A DNA stretch of 64,000 nucleotides. Source: a virus. The translations under genes and the position numbers were made by a program. Of this stretch, positions 29,859 through 39,453 are shown piece after piece (the stretch's first letter is position 1; every line of letters begins with the position of its first letter). The DNA lies in the IMG/VR virus record IMGVR_UViG_3300048575_000222, positions 1,778 through 65,777 of that record; one strand, given 5' to 3'. The notes under the pieces were generated by a model. It saw only the letters and a list, made by a program, of their open reading frames with translations, did no database searches and had not been told where the DNA came from.

Positions 29859-30608
29859 TTGTCCTACATCATTGCGCACGTAATTTTTGACAACACGGGA
29901 AACACTTACCCTGTGAACTGTCTCCGGACCGACTTGAAAATCGGAGATGAGGTTGTAGTCAAGATGAGCAACCGTCCACTTAAGTGGGCAAGGATTGCTG
30001 ATATCAACTATCTCAATTGGAATTGCCAAAATACCATCGAGTGCTTGGCTTCGGAGGCCAAATTCACAAAAGATGGTATCGTCCTGCCGTCTGGAGACTC
30101 TCGAAGCGTTAACGGCTTGGCGCGCCCCTACGATTTAGCCGTTTTCCTATACAAGATTGGTTGGGTGCCTCGTCGCGCTGCCAGCAAGATGTACAGGATG
30201 GCCTATTCAGCGCAGAACAGAACTCAAACCTCTTTGATCCTCATGCGGAAGAATGGCATTGATGTTCAGATCATAAACGACACCTCAATGGATAAGATGA
30301 TTCCTAATTCAGCCTTGTCAATTAGCCGAAGCGATGGCCCGTTCATTGGACAGCCGTTCCACGGCAGCCTGTCCAACATTCTTGAGCGCACGGCTGATTT
30401 TGCGCAAGCGTTTCTGCGAAATGAAGAAAATCTCGAGGCCATGGTGGAGCCGTTACAAACCACCAAAATCTTGCCGAAGCCGCCGCCCAAAGTGCGAGAA
30501 GGCGAGGACGACCTCTATTCTGCCTTAGGGGGTGCAGGCGAACCAATCTACCTTTCCGATGGTGTATGGCTGACCTCTGACGGTGGCGCACATGACTGGG
30601 GGAGATAG
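29859..30608 (+). CDS. 249-aa hypothetical moron protein
   Basis: TTG start after GGGAGA, lower GC, opposite strand to the structural operon. N-terminal YPVNCLRTDLKIGDEVVV; C-terminal GEPIYLSDGVW. Confidence 0.8.
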   Translation: MSYIIAHVIFDNTGNTYPVNCLRTDLKIGDEVVVKMSNRPLKWARIADINYLNWNCQNTIECLASEAKFTKDGIVLPSGDSRSVNGLARPYDLAVFLYKIGWVPRRAASKMYRMAYSAQNRTQTSLILMRKNGIDVQIINDTSMDKMIPNSALSISRSDGPFIGQPFHGSLSNILERTADFAQAFLRNEENLEAMVEPLQTTKILPKPPPKVREGEDDLYSALGGAGEPIYLSDGVWLTSDGGAHDWGR

Positions 30609-30658
30609 CAACTCAATCTCGCACTTTTTCCGAAAAATGAATCGAAGGGATTGGCACT

Positions 30659-31117
30659 TTGGCTGACATCAGCAGGTCCGACAAACTCACTACTTCTGAT
30701 CGTGACGAGCAAACCAAGATGGTTTCTGGTCAGTATGTCTTGCTGCGTATTCTCCATGAAGGAGACAGCTACACGCTCATGACCGCCACAGCTAAGGAAG
30801 ATGACGATTCATATCAAGCATATCCCAACCTCGAGAAACTGGTTGCTGCTGCTGAGGAGGTGCTAGGTCGGGGCGAGCACCACACCGACAATTGGGGGCG
30901 GCCGTACCTTTTATGCCGGGGGTTTGATCACCCCAAGGCAATTCGGGGCCTGGCGAACCTGATTGCGACGAAACTCGGACTTCCTTCCGTCGACGAGCCT
31001 TGGGCCGACGAAGAAATGCGAGAGATTTACGACGAGTTTTCGGTCGGCGACGATGGTGAACCTGCCTACCTCTCGGACGGTGTTTACATAAGCAAGCGTG
31101 GCCGACTGTTTGAGTAG
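30659..31117 (+). CDS. 152-aa hypothetical moron protein
   Basis: Lower GC, 50 nt after the previous gene. C-terminal GEPAYLSDGVY. Confidence 0.78.
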   Translation: MADISRSDKLTTSDRDEQTKMVSGQYVLLRILHEGDSYTLMTATAKEDDDSYQAYPNLEKLVAAAEEVLGRGEHHTDNWGRPYLLCRGFDHPKAIRGLANLIATKLGLPSVDEPWADEEMREIYDEFSVGDDGEPAYLSDGVYISKRGRLFE

Positions 31118-31201
31118 GATCGCTGCCGACCCACAGTTTCGAATAGTGTGCGAGCCAGGATGCGTTTTTTCTGGCACGTCTCTGGCCGTGGTGATTTCCT
31201 T

Positions 31202-31834
31202 TCAATTCATCCGCCGCTCCACCCAGTTCGCCACGATCAGCCCCGGCACGCTGTCCAACGCCCGCTCCGCGTCCCGAGCGAGAGCCAGCCGCTTTGGCAG
31301 TTTCACCTGCGGCACGAGCAGGAAGATCGGCGCGGTGACCTTTCCGCGCCCGGTCTTCGATCGCGAAACCACCGCCTGGCCTTTCGTGTTCAGCCGCCCC
31401 TCGGCCACCAGCAGGCTCGGTCCGGTGCGGCGATAGACGAAACGCAGGCGCAATCCGCGGCGTCGTTCCCATTCGCCGGGCGTGATCCGGCCGCCGCGCA
31501 GGGACTTGCCCGCAGCGGGCAGAGGGATCGCCAGCCAGAACCCGTCTTTCGACCGGATCAGCGGGCCGGTGTCGTGGGCGCCGATGATGACCGGGGCCTT
31601 GGACCAGACCAGCGCCGCGGCGTTCAGGCTCTCGCCGGCCTTCGGATAGGTCTGGCTACGGATCGAGTTCGCCAGCCGCCGGCCGAGCCCCGCGCCGGTG
31701 ATCTGGCCGCGCCAGGCGGTCTTCAGCCCGGTCCCCGCCTCGCGCATCGCGGCAGTGACGGCCTTCTCGCCGGCCTTCACCTCGGCAGCCATGGCGGCGA
31801 CGAGATCGGGTGTGATGTCGAGCTTCAGCTTCAT
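31202..31834 (-). CDS. DUF6441-like minor tail/neck protein
   Basis: 210 aa, basic, GPLIRSKDGFWLAIP motif. Follows the head-closure gene. Confidence 0.75.
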   Translation of the reverse strand: MKLKLDITPDLVAAMAAEVKAGEKAVTAAMREAGTGLKTAWRGQITGAGLGRRLANSIRSQTYPKAGESLNAAALVWSKAPVIIGAHDTGPLIRSKDGFWLAIPLPAAGKSLRGGRITPGEWERRRGLRLRFVYRRTGPSLLVAEGRLNTKGQAVVSRSKTGRGKVTAPIFLLVPQVKLPKRLALARDAERALDSVPGLIVANWVERRMN

Positions 31835-31839
31835 CGCGG

Positions 31840-32151
31840 TCAGGCCGGGCGCAGGTCGACGGTCCAGACGAGCCGCTCGCGGTCGCGGACGGGCTCGCCC
31901 TGGATGAGGAAGGCCTCGCCGTCGATCTCGATGCGGTCGCCGGGGCGCGGGTTCGCGACCTCGGCGAGACGCAGGTCCAGCCGGGTGGTTTCCGACCAGA
32001 GGCGCGCCTCGCCGAAGTCGGTGACGTCGTCCGGCCGGCGCAGGATCGCGCGGACCAGCGACGGTGCCCCGCCCTCGGTAGTGTAGACGACGTCGCGCGC
32101 CAGATGCGCGTCAGCGAAGAGCGCATCCAGTGCCGCGGCGAAGGCGGTCAT
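31840..32151 (-). CDS. Head-tail joining (head closure) protein
   Basis: 103 aa (MTAFAAALDALFAD..PRPGDRIEIDGEAF), start overlaps the capsid stop codon. Confidence 0.8.
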   Translation of the reverse strand: MTAFAAALDALFADAHLARDVVYTTEGGAPSLVRAILRRPDDVTDFGEARLWSETTRLDLRLAEVANPRPGDRIEIDGEAFLIQGEPVRDRERLVWTVDLRPA

Positions 32152-33164
32152 CAGGTCCGCCTGGCCTGTCGCAGCACCTGCGGGCGGGTGCAGATCGGGA
32201 GCGGGTTGCTCTCGATCTCGAGCCGCACCCACTCGTCGCGATCCCGGTCGGGGATCGTGCGGGCGTAGAGCGGCTGGCCGAGCGTGTTGACCGTCTCGAA
32301 GGTGTCGGCGGGGGCGTAGTAGATCTCGAAGAGCCCCTCGATGCCCTCGGGATAGATGAACGCCTTGTCGGTCGGGACCGTGAACCCGACGCCGCCCCGG
32401 TAGCGGCGGAAGGTGATCCCGCCGAAGCTGACCTCGTCGGCCACGCGGCCCCGCAGATCGGCCGCCGCGGCGGTGTTGAGATAGGTCTCCCGCACCTCCT
32501 TGTGGGCCACGAGATCGGCGAAGAAGGCCGAGCCGCATTCCGCGCGGATCTGCACGGCCCCGGCCGAGAGCCCGCCCATCGAGTCCTCGACGCTCTCGAT
32601 GAGCGCCTGGCAGCGCTTTCGCAGTGCTCCCGAGGCGGGGCTCGCATTGTCGAGGTCGAAGTCGATCTCGGCCGCCGGCGTGATGCCGAACTCGGTGAAG
32701 TAGTTCACGACCGTGGCGTGGTCTTTCGGATCCTTCACCAGCCCCTGGATGCCGTTCAGCAGGTGGTACTCGAAGGTGGTCTCGGCGTCCTGGCGGAGCT
32801 TGCGCAGGCGGTAGGCCACCTCGGTCTGCACCTGCTGGGTAGCACTCTCCGAGCCGAAGTCGCGGACGGACTGGATTTCGGAGGCCCAGAGCACGTCCTG
32901 CTTCTTGAACTGCCGGCAGACGAAGGCGCGCATCTCGCGCCGGTCGGGCACCTGCTGCTCGTAGGCCGAACCGCGCTCCGAGAACGGGATCAGCGACAGC
33001 GTGCCGTCGCGGCTCTCGATCACGACGGTGCGGGAGCGCACGCCGCGCGGGCTGAAGAGGTTCGAGCCCGAGAGCAGCGCGGGCTTGTAGGGGATGTTCT
33101 CGAGCGCACGGGTGAGCTCGACAATGGTGAAGGCATCGCCTTCGAAGATGTCCATGGTGGCCAT
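32151..33164 (-). CDS. Major capsid protein, lambda gpE family
   Basis: 337 aa from MATMDIFEGDAF, C-terminal IESNPLPICTRP. Follows the decorator gene. Confidence 0.92.
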   Translation of the reverse strand: MATMDIFEGDAFTIVELTRALENIPYKPALLSGSNLFSPRGVRSRTVVIESRDGTLSLIPFSERGSAYEQQVPDRREMRAFVCRQFKKQDVLWASEIQSVRDFGSESATQQVQTEVAYRLRKLRQDAETTFEYHLLNGIQGLVKDPKDHATVVNYFTEFGITPAAEIDFDLDNASPASGALRKRCQALIESVEDSMGGLSAGAVQIRAECGSAFFADLVAHKEVRETYLNTAAAADLRGRVADEVSFGGITFRRYRGGVGFTVPTDKAFIYPEGIEGLFEIYYAPADTFETVNTLGQPLYARTIPDRDRDEWVRLEIESNPLPICTRPQVLRQARRT

Positions 33165-33180
33165 GAGGATGCCTCCTGTC

Positions 33181-33236
33181 TGGAGCGCGCCCAGCAAAAG
33201 TGGATGCCGGTTTTGCGTCCGGGCGCGCGTGAATAT
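33181..33236. repeat. Short palindromic element resembling alphaproteobacterial Bru-RS/RPE-type repeats
   Basis: Nested inverted repeats GCGCGCCC (33185-92)/GGGCGCGC (33221-28) and GCAAAA (33194-99)/TTTTGC (33211-16) around the core CAGCAAAAGTG..CGGTTTTGCGT. Confidence 0.55.
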
Positions 33237-33246
33237 GGGGATTGGG

Positions 33247-33612
33247 TCAGCGGACGAGGATGCCCGCGGCGAGGAGCGCCGTGTGTGCGGCCGCGATCTC
33301 GCCCTCGCTGGGGGTGCCCGCGAAGACGAGGTCGTGGCGGTTGACGATGGCGGGGCCGCGGACGACGGCGACGGCCGGTGCGTCGCCACCGGACGCATCC
33401 GCCTTGCCCCAGAGCACCGTCACGGCGGTCTCGGTGCCGTCGACGGCGGCCGGGTCGTGGGCGGCGTACTTGCCCGAGGCGGTGATCTTGCCCAGCACCG
33501 TTCCGGGCTCGAGCGTGCCCGCGGCGACAGTGATCGTCTCGCGGGTGTAGTCGCGGAAGGCTTCCCAGACGAGGAAGCCGCCGGGGTGTTTGCCTTCGAC
33601 CAGCGTGGTCAT
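33247..33612 (-). CDS. Head decoration protein (lambda gpD-like)
   Basis: 121 aa, GTVLGKITASGKY motif, between protease and capsid genes. Confidence 0.88.
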   Translation of the reverse strand: MTTLVEGKHPGGFLVWEAFRDYTRETITVAAGTLEPGTVLGKITASGKYAAHDPAAVDGTETAVTVLWGKADASGGDAPAVAVVRGPAIVNRHDLVFAGTPSEGEIAAAHTALLAAGILVR

Positions 33613-33616
33613 GGTG

Positions 33617-34642
33617 TCATCCTTTCAGCTTGAAGGTGCGGGCGACGATCTCGCCCCAGGGGCGCGCGGCCGAGGACCGGCCGGGCTGCGAGTGATGTGG
33701 CGCGATCTCGGGCTCGGCCTCGGCCTTGGCAGCAAGGAGCGCAGCGCGCACCTCGTCGAGGCTCGCGTCCTCTTCGAGGAAGCGGCCGGCCATCTGCGGA
33801 TGGCCCGCGAGGCGGCAGAGATCGACCACGGCGCGGGCATGCCCGATGGCCTGCGCGCGGATCGCGGCGGGATCGGGCGGCGCGCCGCTCGGCGGCGGGG
33901 TTTCGGCGGGCGGCTGCGGGGCATTGGAGGCGGCCGCCGGCTCGTCCTCGGCGTCCGCGACCTTGTCACCTTCGGTGGCGTCGTCGGTATCCTCGTTCGC
34001 TTCGACCTCGGCGCCATCGGCCGCGTCGTCTGTCTCCGGCTCAACCTCGACCGCTTCGACCAGCACCGGCGGCGCGTTGCAGAAGCGGCCGATGTCGAAG
34101 CGCGCGGCGATCCGGACGGGCTCGATCAGCCGGTCGGCAAAGCCCTGCGCCACAGCGTCGGCGGCGTCGAACCAGGTCTCGGACGCCATGAGCGCGGATA
34201 CCTCGCCGGGCGTCCGGCCGGATTTCGCGGCATAGCCCGCGACGAGGCTGCCCTTCACCTTGTCGAGCGCCTCGGCCATGGCGCGCATGTCCTCGGCCGT
34301 GCCCATCACGAGACCGGCGGGGTCGTGGATCATCAGGAAGGCGTTCTCGGGCATGACGATCTCGTCGCCCGCCATGGCAATGTAGGAGGCAGCCGAGGCG
34401 GCGATGCCGTCGATCCAGACCGTGACCGGGCCCTCGTGGCGCTTCAGCGCGTTGTGGATCGCCACCGCATCGAAGACCGATCCGCCGGGGCTGTTCAGCC
34501 GCAGATCGACGGGCGTGCCGTCGGGCAGCGCGCCGAGTTCGGCGAGAAAGCCCTTCGCGGAGACCCCGTAGGCGCCGATCTCGTCATAGATCGCCACTTC
34601 CGCGCCGGTCCCCCGGGCGCGGATCGCATACCAGCTTGCCAT
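33617..34642 (-). CDS. ClpP-type head maturation protease with scaffold-like C-terminus
   Basis: LNSPGGSVFD, DGIAASAASY and FLMIHDP motifs, then an acidic/Pro-rich linker. Confidence 0.92.
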   Translation of the reverse strand: MASWYAIRARGTGAEVAIYDEIGAYGVSAKGFLAELGALPDGTPVDLRLNSPGGSVFDAVAIHNALKRHEGPVTVWIDGIAASAASYIAMAGDEIVMPENAFLMIHDPAGLVMGTAEDMRAMAEALDKVKGSLVAGYAAKSGRTPGEVSALMASETWFDAADAVAQGFADRLIEPVRIAARFDIGRFCNAPPVLVEAVEVEPETDDAADGAEVEANEDTDDATEGDKVADAEDEPAAASNAPQPPAETPPPSGAPPDPAAIRAQAIGHARAVVDLCRLAGHPQMAGRFLEEDASLDEVRAALLAAKAEAEPEIAPHHSQPGRSSAARPWGEIVARTFKLKG

Positions 34643-34646
34643 GTCG

Positions 34647-36224
34647 TCACTCCTGTTCGGTGGCCGGATCGGTCGCCGCGGCGCCGTCGTCCGTATCGTT
34701 GCCGGCGCCATTGCCGGGCTCGGCCCGGGTCGCCGGTGTCGCGCGGGCGCCCTGCGTCTCGCCGGGGCTGGTGCGGTAGCGCAGGCCGAGCCCAGTCGCG
34801 CGCGCGGCGTCGGCCGCGTTCTCGCGGTCCACTTCCTCGATGTCGTAGCCGGTGGCCTCGACCACCTTGCGCCGCGAGGTGATACCGGCCTCCATCGCCA
34901 GCACCTGCGCCTGGATGTCCTTCAGCGGATCGACCCAGTCCCAGCGCGGCGGGATCCACTGCACCGGCCGCACTTCTGCCGGATCGGCGTCGAGCGCGCC
35001 CGAGAGCACCGCCGTCTCCAGCCATCGCCGCCAGACCGCGCGGCAGAGCTGGTGCACGATCACGCCATGCTGCAGCTGGCCGATGCGGCGGCGGAACTCG
35101 ACAAGCTCGGCCCTGAGGCTCGAGTAGTTCGCCTGCCGGACATCGCCGGTGACGAGGTGATAGGGCAGCCCCAGCGAGGCGGCGACCGAGAGCAGCGTCC
35201 GGTACTGGAACGCCTCGTAGCCGCCGCCGACATCCGCCGGCGACGAGAACTTCACGTCCTCGCCGGGCAGCAGCACCTGCATCGTGCCGGGCTCGAGGCT
35301 TGCGATGGCCGCGCCATCCAGATCCGCCTCCGCCTCGCCCAGCATCGGCTCCTCCGGCGCGGTCTTGGTGATGAAGCCGGCGAACATCGCCGCGGTCTTC
35401 TTCCGGTCCAGCTCGGCGTCGTCATACTGATCGAGCAGGAACAGCCGCACCATGGCCGGCGCGATATGCGGCAGCCCCCGGATCTGGCCCGCGTCGATGG
35501 GGCGATAGATGTGCAGCACGTCCGTCGCGGGCACGCGCACGGTCTCCGGGATCGCCATGCCCATGACCGGGCCGCCCTGATCGGTGCTGTCGCCCGGATG
35601 GCGCCGGCGGAAGTGATAGGCCACGCGCCGGCCGATCGCGTCGAACTCAATCCCGCAGCGGATGCGGTTGCCGTTGGCCGCCGTCTCCGTCTTCTCGAAG
35701 GGCAGCATCTCGGACTGGAGAAGCTGCAGCTGCAGCGGCACCAGCAACCCGTCCTCGGCCCGGCGCGGGCGCAGCCGGACGAAGCACTCGCCGGCGACGA
35801 ACATCTCCCGCGCCACCATGGCCTGCAGGCCGTAGAAGTCGGTCAGACCGTCGGCGTCGGCCTCGTCGGTCCAGGCGAGCCAGAGCTGCTGCACCCGGTC
35901 GCGGAGATCCGCGTCTCCGATGAGCGACGAGGGCTTGATCCCGTCGCCGACAAGGTTCGCCGCGAAGGCCTCGCAGGCGTTGGCGGCATAGCCGTTGGTC
36001 ACCACCAGCTCACGCGAGCGCGCCAGCAGCCGTGGGCCACCGGAGGCGACCAGCGCATTGATGTTTTCGAGCGGCGGGTTCCAGCCGCGCAGCCGGCGCT
36101 TCGCCATGGCGCCTTCGAGACGGGCGCGCAGTCCGGAGGGACCGTGGCTCCGGGGGAGCCGCGTAAGCCCGGAGGACGCGGGGCCGCTGGGACCGCGGCG
36201 GCGGAAGCGGTCGAAGAGGCCCAT
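34647..36224 (-). CDS. Portal protein, lambda family
   Basis: 525 aa with LQLLQSEML, GDVRQANYSSLR and WVDPLKD motifs. Confidence 0.93.
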   Translation of the reverse strand: MGLFDRFRRRGPSGPASSGLTRLPRSHGPSGLRARLEGAMAKRRLRGWNPPLENINALVASGGPRLLARSRELVVTNGYAANACEAFAANLVGDGIKPSSLIGDADLRDRVQQLWLAWTDEADADGLTDFYGLQAMVAREMFVAGECFVRLRPRRAEDGLLVPLQLQLLQSEMLPFEKTETAANGNRIRCGIEFDAIGRRVAYHFRRRHPGDSTDQGGPVMGMAIPETVRVPATDVLHIYRPIDAGQIRGLPHIAPAMVRLFLLDQYDDAELDRKKTAAMFAGFITKTAPEEPMLGEAEADLDGAAIASLEPGTMQVLLPGEDVKFSSPADVGGGYEAFQYRTLLSVAASLGLPYHLVTGDVRQANYSSLRAELVEFRRRIGQLQHGVIVHQLCRAVWRRWLETAVLSGALDADPAEVRPVQWIPPRWDWVDPLKDIQAQVLAMEAGITSRRKVVEATGYDIEEVDRENAADAARATGLGLRYRTSPGETQGARATPATRAEPGNGAGNDTDDGAAATDPATEQE

Positions 36225-36227
36225 CGA

Positions 36228-36443
36228 TCAGAGCCCCTTCACCGTCGTCACGCGGACCTGCCGGACGATCCGACGCCCCTCGGCCGCGGGGATCTCGCGA
36301 TCCAGCGCCTCGACGGCCCGGTCGATCTCGGCGACGCTGCGGTAGTCCACGGTCTTGCCGTCATAGCTGACCCGCGCCACGCCCGAGGACCGCTGCGCGG
36401 TCAGCGCGTCGCGGCGGGCGCGGAGCTCTGCGGCCGTGGCCAT
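36228..36443 (-). CDS. gpW-like head-tail joining protein
   Basis: 71 aa, RVSYDGKTVDYRS, between terminase and portal genes. Confidence 0.85.
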   Translation of the reverse strand: MATAAELRARRDALTAQRSSGVARVSYDGKTVDYRSVAEIDRAVEALDREIPAAEGRRIVRQVRVTTVKGL

Positions 36444-36447
36444 TGGG

Positions 36448-38397
36448 TCACCTCATGTAGCTCGAGCGCACCGTGCGTCGGCGCGGCGTCGTTCGGGTTG
36501 GGGCGGATGGCGCCGTCGCTGGACCGGGCTCAGACCCGTCCTGCTTCGCCACCCCGAGCTGCGCTTCCAGATCGGCCCACCGCGCCTCGGGCCAGCGATC
36601 CGCCCCGAGGATCCACGCGGCCGCGCGGGCATAGACGCGCGTATCCAGCGCCTCGTTGCGTTCGCGCATCTTCTGCCATTCGAGCCGCGCGAAGCCACGC
36701 CTGGTCCGGACCGTCACCAGCTGCTCGGCGGTCAGCTGCTTCAGCCATTCACCGTCCGCCCAGTCTGGCAGGTGGATCGTCCCGGGCGGGCACAGTGCGC
36801 CCACCGCCTGTTCCTCCCGCGTCGGCCGGTCCTGCCGCAGGAAGCGATAGGTCTCGGCCTTGAAGGTCGAGGTGGCCACGGTCCAGAGCCGGGCGCCGCG
36901 CCGCAGCCGCTTGCCCGCGACGGTGGCGTCGACATAGGTCGGCCCGGTCACCGGGCTCGTCCGCGTGAACCCCTCGACGCCCTTCACCGGCGCGACTTGC
37001 GCGAACCCCACCTGGCGCGACCAGGCATAGACCGCGCTGGTCTCGTAGCCCGTGTCGATCGCGAGCCGGGCCATCGCCATCGGCTGACCCGAGGCATGCG
37101 TCCATGTCCGCCCGAGCAGCTCCGTCAGTTGCTGCCAGCAGGCCGGATCGCCGGGGCCGCCCTCGAGTACGAGGTGGTCGACGAGCCAGCTTTCCAGACC
37201 ACGGCCCCAGGCCCAGACGTCTACCTCGATCCGGTCCTTCTGGACGTCGGCGCCCGCGGTCAGGAAGAGCCCGCGCTCGGGCACCGTTCCCGCCGGCCAT
37301 GCCTCGCGCCGGTCCGCCAGCCGTTGCCAGTCGGGCGACTCGCCGGTTTCCATCCAGGTCTCGCCAAGTATGGTGTTCCGGAACGCCCGCATCGCCTCGT
37401 CGCTGCCCCGTGCCGCCTCATGCGCCCGCGCGATCCGCTGCCAGCTGAGCCACCCCACTGGCGAGTAGAGCGCCGAGAGGTGGTAGCCGACCGTCGCCGG
37501 ATCGGTGGTCGTTGCCGTTGCGCGCCATTCGCCGCGCTCGAGCATCCGCGTCTTGTGGTGCTCCGCGATGGGCCGCTCGCAGCCCTCGCAGTGATATTCC
37601 GCCGTCTCGGGGCGGCCTTTCTGCCAGCGCAGTCGGTCGAACTTCAGCCACTGCATTGCGCCGCAATGCGGGCACGGCACGAAGAACCGCCGCTGGTCGC
37701 TGGCCTCGTACTCGCGCTCGATGCGCGACAGCCCCCGGATGGTGGGCGTCGAGACCAGCAGCACCTTGCGCCGGTGGGCGAAGGTCAGCGAGCGCGCCTC
37801 GGCCAGCGTGACCGGGTCGCCTTCCTCGTCGGCCGAGGCTGGATAAGCATCGACCTCGTCGAGGAAGATGTAGCGCGCCGGGGTCGATCGAAGCCCCACC
37901 GCCGAGTTCGCCCCGGTCATGATCAGGATGCCGCCCGCGAACTCCTTCGACAGCATCGTGTTGCCCGCATCGCGGGATCGCGCCGGCTTCACCCTCTCCC
38001 GCAGATCGGGGCTCTCGTCGATCAGCGGGTCGATCCGCTGGCGCGAGTTGCGTTTCGCCAGCTCCACCGTCGGCTGGACCGCGAGCATCGGCCCCGGCGC
38101 CTGATGGATGATGAAGCCGATCCAGTTATTGCCGGCCTCGGTCGCACCGACCTGCGCGGCCTTCATGAACACGATCCGCTGCGTGGGATCGCCGGGCGAG
38201 AGCCGGTCCATGATCTCGCGCATGTAGGGCGTGCGCGCGGTCCGGTACTGCCCGGGTTCGGCCGACGCGCGCGAGGCGAGTTTCCGGTGGCGGTCGGCCC
38301 AACTCGAGACGGTCAGGTCCGGGTCGGGGCGCAGGCCCCGCGACCAGGCGCGGAGCAGCGCGGCGGCGCCGTCGAACCCGACGAGATCGTCAGGCAA
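36448..38397 (-). CDS. terL: Terminase large subunit, lambda gpA family
   Basis: MKAAQVGATE, FLDEVD, STPT, CPHC/CEGC and AGADVQKDR motifs. TTG start at 38397 inferred; the ORF extends to 38442. Confidence 0.93.
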   Translation of the reverse strand: MPDDLVGFDGAAALLRAWSRGLRPDPDLTVSSWADRHRKLASRASAEPGQYRTARTPYMREIMDRLSPGDPTQRIVFMKAAQVGATEAGNNWIGFIIHQAPGPMLAVQPTVELAKRNSRQRIDPLIDESPDLRERVKPARSRDAGNTMLSKEFAGGILIMTGANSAVGLRSTPARYIFLDEVDAYPASADEEGDPVTLAEARSLTFAHRRKVLLVSTPTIRGLSRIEREYEASDQRRFFVPCPHCGAMQWLKFDRLRWQKGRPETAEYHCEGCERPIAEHHKTRMLERGEWRATATTTDPATVGYHLSALYSPVGWLSWQRIARAHEAARGSDEAMRAFRNTILGETWMETGESPDWQRLADRREAWPAGTVPERGLFLTAGADVQKDRIEVDVWAWGRGLESWLVDHLVLEGGPGDPACWQQLTELLGRTWTHASGQPMAMARLAIDTGYETSAVYAWSRQVGFAQVAPVKGVEGFTRTSPVTGPTYVDATVAGKRLRRGARLWTVATSTFKAETYRFLRQDRPTREEQAVGALCPPGTIHLPDWADGEWLKQLTAEQLVTVRTRRGFARLEWQKMRERNEALDTRVYARAAAWILGADRWPEARWADLEAQLGVAKQDGSEPGPATAPSAPTRTTPRRRTVRSSYMR

Positions 38398-38974
38398 GCC
38401 CGGGTCGGATCTCCGCGAGGCTGTCGAGCTGGGCGCGGACATGGGCCTCCAGAACCTTCTGCATCAGCGCCGCCTCCACCTCGCACGCGTCCCCAAGCGC
38501 CGCGGTGAGTTCCGAGGCCATCAGCGCAGCAACCCGCGCCGGCCAGGTCACCCAAGCGTCGCGCTCGTCGCGCGCGAGCCGGAACATCAGCGTCTCCGCC
38601 CGGGCGCGGTCGACCAGCTCCCCCTTCAGCTTCTGGAGCCGGATGCGACGCTCCTGCGCCTTTAGCACCTCGTTCGCGGTCTTGGCCTGCAGGAACGTAG
38701 TGCCGCCGCCGACGGCTGGCGCAGAAAGCCCCTGTTCCCGCAGCACGTCGCTCACGGCGGCGACAGCGGCTTCCGGGACGGGCTTCAGCTTCGGCGCCGG
38801 CGCTTTCCTGGTCTTCGATGGGTCCGTCGTCTCGGCCCGCCGCTTGTCGGATGCGACAGCGTCGATGCTGCCATCCTCGTGCAGGACGAGCCGCCGCGCC
38901 GTCTTCGCCTTCTGGATCGCGCCGCGTGACAGCCCGACATGGGCGGCGTACTGGCGCTCGCTCATGCCCTGCAT
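38390..38974 (-). CDS. Terminase small subunit (Nu1-like)
   Basis: N-terminal HTH (MSERQYAAHVGLSRGAIQKA) plus coiled coil. Overlaps the terL start. Confidence 0.8.
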   Translation of the reverse strand: MQGMSERQYAAHVGLSRGAIQKAKTARRLVLHEDGSIDAVASDKRRAETTDPSKTRKAPAPKLKPVPEAAVAAVSDVLREQGLSAPAVGGGTTFLQAKTANEVLKAQERRIRLQKLKGELVDRARAETLMFRLARDERDAWVTWPARVAALMASELTAALGDACEVEAALMQKVLEAHVRAQLDSLAEIRPGLA

Positions 38975-39085
38975 CGACAGCTCCGATTATCATTCAAGAT
39001 CATGTGGTTATCGAGTTGATAAGCCTCCGAGACAGAGCGAACGTCCATCCCACAAGGACGATGCAACTCACCCGGAGCCACCACG

Positions 39086-39358
39086 ATGACCACGCGCCTG
39101 AACCCGATCACCACCCCGCGCCACGAACTCCGCGCCGACAAGGCCCGGCACAACAAGGAAGCTGCGCTCGCCGCCTTCATCGGAAAGAAGGCCGAGATCG
39201 ACGAGATGCTCACGCGCCTGCAGGCGCTGAGTGAAGACCACTTCAACGCCCACCCCGACGAAGTGAACTGGGGCCATGTCGGCACCCTCGAACACTACGC
39301 AAGCCTCCTGAAGCGCATCACCGACAGCGCCTTCGGCGAGGGCGAGCACGCCCGCTGA
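39086..39358 (+). CDS. 90-aa hypothetical protein
   Basis: Protein-like ORF divergent from terS and co-oriented with DUF3489. Confidence 0.75.
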   Translation: MTTRLNPITTPRHELRADKARHNKEAALAAFIGKKAEIDEMLTRLQALSEDHFNAHPDEVNWGHVGTLEHYASLLKRITDSAFGEGEHAR

Positions 39359-39453
39359 CCTCCGGCACTGCCGGAACTCCTGCCGCGCCCCCTGCGCGGC
39401 TCGGGGTCGTAGGAGGGTCGCGACGGTCGCGGCCCCGAAACCGGAGACCCCAG

